From contig JAISBO010000056.1 in assembly GCA_031266155.1 (NCBI GenBank), forward strand, positions 1 through 33,313: DNA of 33,313 nt, in the 5' to 3' direction. The notes below the pieces were generated by a model. It did not search any database and had not been told where the DNA came from. It saw only the letters and a program-made list of their open reading frames with translations. Source of the stretch: Puniceicoccales bacterium. GTDB lineage: Bacteria > Verrucomicrobiota > Verrucomicrobiia > Opitutales > JAIRKQ01. Position 1 is the stretch's first letter. Each line of letters begins with the position of its first letter. A program made the translations under genes and the position numbers. This document shows, one piece after another, positions 27,692-33,313 of this stretch.

Positions 27692-28501
27692 CTACGGAAA
27701 TGGTTCCGAATTTGGAACAATTCTGGCAAAACTACTTTTCGCATGGGAAATCAAGAAATCCTTTGCTTTGGCCATATCCTTTGCTACCAATGCATGCAAT
27801 TTGACGGCATCGGTTTTGTCCAAAGCCCTAAGCGTAACATCAAAGAACGACAAGTTTCCTTTAGCAATGATACTTTTGCCATTTTTATCGTAGGATATCG
27901 TATTCCAAGAATATATCATTTTTGTGTTCGGAGCCAAGGCAACTATACTCTTTTTAGGCATTTGTATTGCCACACGAAACTTAAAGTCCGCCAATGGTAT
28001 GCTAAACTTACGTGTGTGTTTACTTTTCGTATCCACGTCTTCAAAAAATTTTTCCATGGAATGATTTTGCATTAGCAGCTTTTGTAGGGATAGGGAGGTC
28101 GCACTGTCTAGTATGGTGCGGGAAATTTCAAGTTTTCCAAATTCTAACTCCACAACATTATATTTCACTGCTGCGGTAACGTGTTGTTCGTTATTCGTAG
28201 TGAAAAAAAATAGCCTAAGTCCATTTTCACCTTCGTTCTTGCAAATTTCAAAGATAGGCTGTTTTTTATCAAGAAGAACCATCGACTTCAAATCATCGTC
28301 GATACACATCAATATGTCGTTTAATTTTTTACAAATAATTCTTGTTTCGTCGACAGATCGGCTACTATCAGTCGCCAGGGATATTAATTTTTTCCCGAGG
28401 AAAACTAATATAGTAAGTACAAACAATGACAACATCAGTTCCAATAAAGTAAATGCCCTACTAGCAGTATAACATTTAATCCGACTTGATATAAGTCCCA
28501 T
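27692..28501 (-). CDS. Prepilin-type N-terminal domain protein (pseudopilin-like), function unknown
   Basis: The N-terminus MGLISSRIKCYTASRA/FTLLELMLSLFVLTILVF resembles the class III signal peptide (G/FTLxE plus a hydrophobic helix), but with Ala rather than Gly at position -1. The remaining ~230 aa match nothing I recognise. Confidence 0.55.
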   Translation of the reverse strand: MGLISSRIKCYTASRAFTLLELMLSLFVLTILVFLGKKLISLATDSSRSVDETRIICKKLNDILMCIDDDLKSMVLLDKKQPIFEICKNEGENGLRLFFFTTNNEQHVTAAVKYNVVELEFGKLEISRTILDSATSLSLQKLLMQNHSMEKFFEDVDTKSKHTRKFSIPLADFKFRVAIQMPKKSIVALAPNTKMIYSWNTISYDKNGKSIIAKGNLSFFDVTLRALDKTDAVKLHALVAKDMAKAKDFLISHAKSSFARIVPNSEPFP

Positions 28502-28619
28502 AGCCTTTTTATGTTTTCGAATTTTGAAGAGGGGAACGTATGATGGTGAACGAAATAGTCAATATGATATTTGGATTGTAATATGGTTGAACTTGTGTTG
28601 TTTTTGAGGAAAGAAGGAG

Positions 28620-30431
28620 ATGATAGACATTGAAAATTTAACCTATCGAATTGGCAGTCGGATATTGTTTGAAGATGCAACACTGCATTTGCCATCGGAT
28701 GGAAAAATTGGGATAGTTGGCCCAAATGGGTGTGGGAAAACGACACTATTTAGGATAATCCTTGGTCAGGAAGACATTGACGCTGGAGAAATTTTCATAA
28801 AAAACAAAACAAGGCTCGTTTGTGTAAAACAAGAAATTGAAGATGATGAAATTTCTTTGCTGGATTTTATCATTGGCGCCGACAAAGAATTAGTGCGGCT
28901 GCGAACAATTTTGGAAGACAAACAAATGTCCGATGGGAACCTTGCCAATGCCTACGATGCCTATGCCGCAATCGATGGCTACTCAGCGGAAGCACGGGCA
29001 TCTAGCATATTGGACGGTCTCGGATTTAAGCAGGATGATCTCGGTAAAAAATTGAAAAAGTTTTCGGGAGGATGGCAAGTAAGGGCGTCCCTTGCAGCGG
29101 CGCTATTTGCTCCATCCGACTGCCTGTTGCTTGATGAACCCTCCAACCATTTGGACTTGGAAACGGCCATGTGGCTAGAAAATTTTTTGGAAAAAACCAA
29201 CAAAATGGTAGTCATGATTTCCCATGAGAAGCAGTTTTTGAATTCCATTTGCAATTGCATCGTCAGCATTTTCAACAGGCAACTACACCTCTTTAGGGGA
29301 AATTACGATACCTACATGGATACACGTAGGAAGCAGGAGCTTGCATTGGTAAGAAATATCGAGGCTCAACAGAAAAAGCGAGAACACGTACAGAGCTTTA
29401 TCGATAGGTTCAGGGCAAAAGCGACAAAGGCCAAGCAGGCACAGAGCAGAATTAAAATGTTGGAAAAAATGGAAGTTCCAGAAATGCCCGGCTCAGAATA
29501 CAAAGTAACCCTATCATTTCCCAAACCACACCCTCAGGTTGATCGTAAGTTGATAATTTTAGAAAATGTCGCCGCAGGGTATGCTAATAAAACGGTGCTA
29601 AGGGACGTGAAATTTTGTGTAAATTCGGATGACAGGATCGCCCTACTAGGGGCAAATGGCAACGGAAAATCTACGCTTGCTAAATTGTTGGCCAATCGAT
29701 TGGTCCCTCTTTCGGGGAATATCTCCTATGCAAGAAATTTAAAAGTGTCATATTTTTCCCAGCAGCAGGCCGATGAACTGAATGTGGAATCTTCTCCCGT
29801 CGAAACCCTACGCAGGCTCGCCCGTGACTTTTCAGAGACGCAGGCGCGTTCTCACCTAGCAAGATTTGGAATAACGCAATCCCGCAGCGAGACGCTTATA
29901 AAAAACCTATCCGGCGGTGAAAAATCCCGTGTTTTGCTCGCGATAAATTCACTTTTCAATCCCCATGCTATGATTCTAGATGAGCCAACGAACCATTTGG
30001 ACATTGAAACTCGGGAAGCATTGGTCGATGCGATAAACAAATACCAGGGAGCAGTGATCCTAATTACCCACGACTTTTTTACTTTGTCCAAAACGTGCAA
30101 TAGACTTTTTGTCATCGATGGAGGGAAGTGCACTCCTTTCAATGGTTCTCTGGATTCCTACCGAGAAATGTTGCTCTCCAAGGGGACCAATCAAAATTCT
30201 TCCGTCGATAATTCGAGTAAGGCTGAAAATCCAAAGAGACCTAGTAATGATTCGAAGTTAAAGAAAAAGCTGTTTCTCTTGGAAAAAGACATCAAAATTC
30301 TGGAAACTGAAAAAAAGGCCCTCGAAGAAAAATTATCGAAAATTCAAGACGTGGAAGTCTACGGGCTGTATGCAAAATGCTGTGATGAACTGGCGAAACT
30401 GGAAAACCAATGGCTGGAATTGAGTTCCTAA
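28620..30431 (+). CDS. ABC-F family ATPase (YheS/Uup-like, with a C-terminal coiled coil)
   Basis: GPNGCGKTT / FSGGWQVR / LLLDEPSNHLD, then a Lys/Arg-rich linker (FRAKATKAKQAQSRIK), then GANGNGKST / LSGGEKSR / MILDEPTNHLD, and a heptad-like C-terminal tail. Confidence 0.9.
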   Translation: MIDIENLTYRIGSRILFEDATLHLPSDGKIGIVGPNGCGKTTLFRIILGQEDIDAGEIFIKNKTRLVCVKQEIEDDEISLLDFIIGADKELVRLRTILEDKQMSDGNLANAYDAYAAIDGYSAEARASSILDGLGFKQDDLGKKLKKFSGGWQVRASLAAALFAPSDCLLLDEPSNHLDLETAMWLENFLEKTNKMVVMISHEKQFLNSICNCIVSIFNRQLHLFRGNYDTYMDTRRKQELALVRNIEAQQKKREHVQSFIDRFRAKATKAKQAQSRIKMLEKMEVPEMPGSEYKVTLSFPKPHPQVDRKLIILENVAAGYANKTVLRDVKFCVNSDDRIALLGANGNGKSTLAKLLANRLVPLSGNISYARNLKVSYFSQQQADELNVESSPVETLRRLARDFSETQARSHLARFGITQSRSETLIKNLSGGEKSRVLLAINSLFNPHAMILDEPTNHLDIETREALVDAINKYQGAVILITHDFFTLSKTCNRLFVIDGGKCTPFNGSLDSYREMLLSKGTNQNSSVDNSSKAENPKRPSNDSKLKKKLFLLEKDIKILETEKKALEEKLSKIQDVEVYGLYAKCCDELAKLENQWLELSS

Positions 30432-31201
30432 AACGAACACTCTACGGATGCACGCATCCAAATGAAATCTTTATGGGCGCCATTCACCCAAGTGTGTACC
30501 TCTGCTGAATTTCCTTTCCAGGCCACTCCAATCTTTGCCTTTGCCCTGTCGTGGATGGTGTATGCCAAATCTACTCCCGCACCATAGAAGAAGAAATTCC
30601 GTTTTTCGCCCTCGATACATTTACCATTGCACTTTTTTGCTGTCTCGTAGCCGACCTCACCGCTAATTTCTACGCCCAGGCCTCGCATAAGGCTCTCTCT
30701 AAGGTCAATTTCATGTACAACTTTTACTTGCAGGGAAAAGTCTTCATTGTTGAAGTCATAGAACGTGTAGAGGGATGGAGATAGGAAAACATCTGCCCCA
30801 ATACCGCAATAGATTTCATTGGAATGTTTTTGCCCATCGCCGGAGGCGGATGTATAGAAGTAGTGAGTGTAGCCGGCGTCAATGGCGAATAGGTCCTTCA
30901 CGATGTATAAAATTCCCAGACACGGCTCTATCCTGCTATAGTTTTCCTTCAGTGCGGCGATGGTGTCCACGGAAACAGAAAGCCTCACATTTTCCAAAAT
31001 TTTGTAACCCAGCCCCAGGTGCGGCAAAACAGCCTTACCACAAGATTTGCAGCCGTGGGAAACATGTTCTGTCGCGAATTTGACGCCCATTTCACATGCC
31101 AACTTTTCACTCCAATTTACCGGTTCCGTTTGCTCATCGTCGGCTACGCTGGAAACGGAAGCTAACATCAATAAAATTACGACCGCTAGCAATTTTTTCA
31201 T
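30428..31201 (-). CDS. Secreted Cys-rich protein, probable outer-membrane beta-barrel
   Basis: Signal peptide MKKLLAVVILLMLASVSSVA/DD, alternating hydrophobic beta-strand-like segments, aromatic-rich strand ends (YTHYFY, FFFYGAG) and a terminal Phe (..VECSF). AGGTGA Shine-Dalgarno sequence. 8 Cys in the mature part. Confidence 0.5.
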   Translation of the reverse strand: MKKLLAVVILLMLASVSSVADDEQTEPVNWSEKLACEMGVKFATEHVSHGCKSCGKAVLPHLGLGYKILENVRLSVSVDTIAALKENYSRIEPCLGILYIVKDLFAIDAGYTHYFYTSASGDGQKHSNEIYCGIGADVFLSPSLYTFYDFNNEDFSLQVKVVHEIDLRESLMRGLGVEISGEVGYETAKKCNGKCIEGEKRNFFFYGAGVDLAYTIHDRAKAKIGVAWKGNSAEVHTWVNGAHKDFIWMRASVECSF

Positions 31202-31299
31202 AGACTCACCTTTCCCCCGGAAAAGGAGGCTTAGACCATGTGAATGTCAATAATTTTTTTCGAATCCTAATAAATTTAATCTTCCCATGGAAACTCTTA

Positions 31300-31330
31300 A
31301 ACCTCGCAGCATGCGTTTCTCTGCGAGGTT
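31300..31330 (-). terminator. Perfect 10-bp GC-rich hairpin 19 nt downstream of the fbaB stop
   Basis: AACCTCGCAG - 11-nt loop - CTGCGAGGTT read directly. On the minus strand it is followed by TAAGAGTTTCC, a weak U-tract. It separates fbaB from the outer-membrane candidate gene. Confidence 0.5.
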
Positions 31331-31349
31331 GTACAAAGAAATATCAATG

Positions 31350-32399
31350 TTATGCAATGGTTATCGACTTGTCCAGGTAAACGTCTTGAATGGCATTCAA
31401 TAGGGCTACACCATCTTTCATGGAACGTTGGAATGCCTTTCGTCCGCAAATCAATCCAGACCCGCCAGCTCGCTTATTGATAACGGCTGTTTCGACCGCT
31501 TCATGGAAGTCATTGATCCCAGAAGCCCCTCCTGAATTTATTAGTCCGGCCCGACCCATGTAGCAATTTGCCAGTTGGTAACGGGTCAAATCTATTGGAT
31601 TGTCACTCGTTAACTCTGAGTAAACCTTGTCGTGGGTTTTCCCAAATTTCAATGCTTTAAAACCTCCATTATTCGTTGGTAACTTTTGTTTAATTATGTC
31701 AGCCTCAATCGTTACTCCCAGGTGATTTGCTTGACCTGTCAGGTCAGCACTCGTATGGTAATCTTTATCGGCACTAAACGCGTTGTTTCTCAAATAACAC
31801 CAAAGAATTGTTGCCATACCAAGTTCGTGGGCTAGCTGAAATGCTTCCGTAGTCTCTTGTATCTGGCGTGTGGATTCCTCGGACCCGAAATAAATTGTGG
31901 CTCCAACGGCTGCGGCTCCCATATCGTATGCCTGTTGAACATGGCCGAAGTAAATCTGGTCAAATTTATTGGGATATGTCAGCAATTCATTGTGATTCAG
32001 CTTTACGACGAAAGGTATCCTATGGGCATATTTTCTAGAAACAATCCCAAGCACTCCCAATGTGGATGCTACGGCACTACAGCCTCCCTCGATGGCTAAT
32101 TTTACAATATTTTCCGGATCAAAATATTCCGAATTCGGGGCAAAACTGGCAGCCGCCGAATGTTCGATGCCCTGGTCTACGGGAAGGATTGAAATATATC
32201 CTGTCCCGCCAAGACGTCCTGTGTTGCGAATCCGCGATAGGCTATTGAGAACGGCAATGGACCTATCTGACTGTAAAAATACTTCGTTGATAAAATCCGG
32301 CCCCGGCAAGTGTAATTTAGACTTATCTATTGTTTTGCACTTGTGTTGAAGCAAGCCAAACCTGTCATTTTTTTTAAATTCTTCGATATATTTGTTCAT
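31350..32399 (-). CDS. fbaB: Class I fructose-bisphosphate aldolase, FbaB/DhnA type
   Basis: Near full-length collinearity with E. coli FbaB as recalled ([121 protein letters not shown]). The ATG at 32399 with a GAGGAG Shine-Dalgarno sequence is preferred over the track's GTG at 32405. Confidence 0.92.
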   Translation of the reverse strand: MNKYIEEFKKNDRFGLLQHKCKTIDKSKLHLPGPDFINEVFLQSDRSIAVLNSLSRIRNTGRLGGTGYISILPVDQGIEHSAAASFAPNSEYFDPENIVKLAIEGGCSAVASTLGVLGIVSRKYAHRIPFVVKLNHNELLTYPNKFDQIYFGHVQQAYDMGAAAVGATIYFGSEESTRQIQETTEAFQLAHELGMATILWCYLRNNAFSADKDYHTSADLTGQANHLGVTIEADIIKQKLPTNNGGFKALKFGKTHDKVYSELTSDNPIDLTRYQLANCYMGRAGLINSGGASGINDFHEAVETAVINKRAGGSGLICGRKAFQRSMKDGVALLNAIQDVYLDKSITIA

Positions 32400-32600
32400 A
32401 ACCACTCCTCAATGTTGCTACTATTTTTAGAATTTTTGTAAAAAAGACAATGGATTTATTACGGTCTAATAGGAAATTTGGAACATTGGGAAAAGATCCG
32501 TTGTTTTATTTTTCCCTTAGATTAATTTTTTTGTTAAAAATTTGACATTCCAAATAATGTAGGTACCATCGGTAGAATTTTTTCAAAAAAGGAGGAATAT

Positions 32601-33104
32601 ATGGAAGTTAATTATACTGATAATCCAATAATGGATACTCTCTATGGAGGACAGGGGCAATTTGGAGTACCGGGCGGAACAGCAGCGCTGCCGGGAGGAG
32701 TAGTTTGGACACCTGAAGCCATAGCACAAATGCAAAACATAGGGCGCCTTGCCAATAGAGATGAAATACTCGGAAGACCATTGGATGGAAGAGAAGTTAC
32801 CCTCATTGTAACCGGCCATGCACAGGGGGGAGGCCAGGTCGTTGTTGATCAAGTAGAGCCACGAAACCATTTAAATCCTCAACAAGTAGCAGCTGTGCGG
32901 GGATCCCAGAAGGGAAAAATATTTTTGAGCATTGCTGGAGCAGTAATAGGGGTAATATTGCGAGCCCAGAACAACGGATATAATGAGCTTGCCTATGGTT
33001 CCTGGGCCGCTGCTGCTGCCATGCTTTGGCCAACCATAGAAAGCTTTTTAGTGGATAGGTGCAAGGAACCTGATCCCGTCTTGAGAGATCAATACCAGGC
33101 ATAG
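32601..33104 (+). CDS. Hypothetical 167-aa protein with a Gly-rich N-terminus and a two-lobed hydrophobic C-terminal region
   Basis: A strong GGAGG Shine-Dalgarno sequence sits 5 nt before the ATG, and the ORF is followed by a clean hairpin. No family recognised. Two antisense ORFs overlap it (32583-32870, 32803-33135) but lack comparable signals. Confidence 0.5.
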   Translation: MEVNYTDNPIMDTLYGGQGQFGVPGGTAALPGGVVWTPEAIAQMQNIGRLANRDEILGRPLDGREVTLIVTGHAQGGGQVVVDQVEPRNHLNPQQVAAVRGSQKGKIFLSIAGAVIGVILRAQNNGYNELAYGSWAAAAAMLWPTIESFLVDRCKEPDPVLRDQYQA

Positions 33105-33149
33105 CCTTCAAAGATGTAGAGGGAAAATTTACCAATAAAAATATCTAAC

Positions 33150-33168
33150 TGTGCCCCACTGGGGCACA
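33150..33168 (+). terminator. Hairpin TGTGCCCC-act-GGGGCACA, 45 nt after the orphan ORF's stop
   Basis: Perfect 8-bp GC-rich stem with a 3-nt loop, followed by TGGTATTTATAT (moderately T-rich). Confidence 0.55.
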
Positions 33169-33313
33169 TGGTATTTATATCAAGATACAAGCCCATGTCA
33201 GCAGGTATCCGTAGAAATATGGCGCCCATCTAATTTTGCTAGGTCGGAAACCTCAATGAAGGTAGGGATTGCTTTTTTCTTTTAAAATGGTCGTAAAATT
33301 TCCGTGGCCAGGG

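Noticed and set aside
32542-32578. Exact TTGACA (32542-32547) and TAGAAT (32573-32578) upstream of the orphan ORF, considered as a sigma70 promoter.
   Set aside because: The spacer is 25 nt, far from the 16-18 nt needed. Similar attempts upstream of rpsO (TTGACA at 19903, TTGTAA at 19944) also fail on spacing. In such AT-rich DNA, hexamer matches are expected by chance, so no promoters are reported.
1-33313. Searched for CRISPR arrays, tRNA/rRNA genes, integrase/att sites, toxin-antitoxin pairs and known defence-system gene sets.
   Set aside because: I saw no regularly spaced direct repeats, no tRNA-like T-arm or acceptor patterns in the intergenic regions, no small adjacent two-gene cassettes and no nuclease/helicase/methylase clusters. 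Apart from the edge IS fragment, the window looks like core chromosome.

Overview
AT-rich bacterial chromosomal window with diderm-type gene content (LptF/G permease, MreC, a candidate outer-membrane barrel). I support about 29 protein genes, nearly all housekeeping. On the plus strand: tadA, a compact ABC-F ATPase, rho-bioW-bioF, a HAD-like orphan, a Na+:alanine symporter, rpsO-pnp, cca-mreC-(mreD), a second ABC-F ATPase and a 167-aa orphan. On the minus strand: yraN-hup, a 538-aa kinase-like orphan, a tightly packed block leuS-lptF/G-pfkB-like kinase-tmk-holB-nitroreductase-ferritin, an ftsB-like gene plus a eukaryote-type UDP-sugar pyrophosphorylase, a prepilin-like orphan, a Cys-rich outer-membrane candidate and fbaB. 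The window opens inside the 3' end of an IS982-like transposase ORF. I recognised no rRNA, tRNA or CRISPR array by eye. I do not see a multi-gene accessory island or a recognisable defence or toxin system, so the unusual items are all single genes or domains. They are: (1) the orphan 538-aa protein with PI3/PI4-kinase-like catalytic motifs, isolated between long AT-rich spacers, which could be an effector-type lipid kinase; (2) Rho with a ~185-aa N/Q/G/R-rich N-terminal extension and PNPase with an Arg/Gly-rich C-terminal tail; (3) an ABC-F ATPase whose first nucleotide-binding domain is drastically minimised; (4) a bioW-bioF pair with no other bio genes nearby; (5) an orphan prepilin-like protein, the Cys-rich outer-membrane candidate and a GC-richer orphan ORF with a two-lobed hydrophobic C-terminus. 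The lineage cannot be fixed from sequence alone. The gene mix is reminiscent of host-associated PVC-type or Elusimicrobia-like bacteria, but that is only an impression. The ORF track counts TTG and GTG as starts, so several N-termini were trimmed to the first well-placed ATG.
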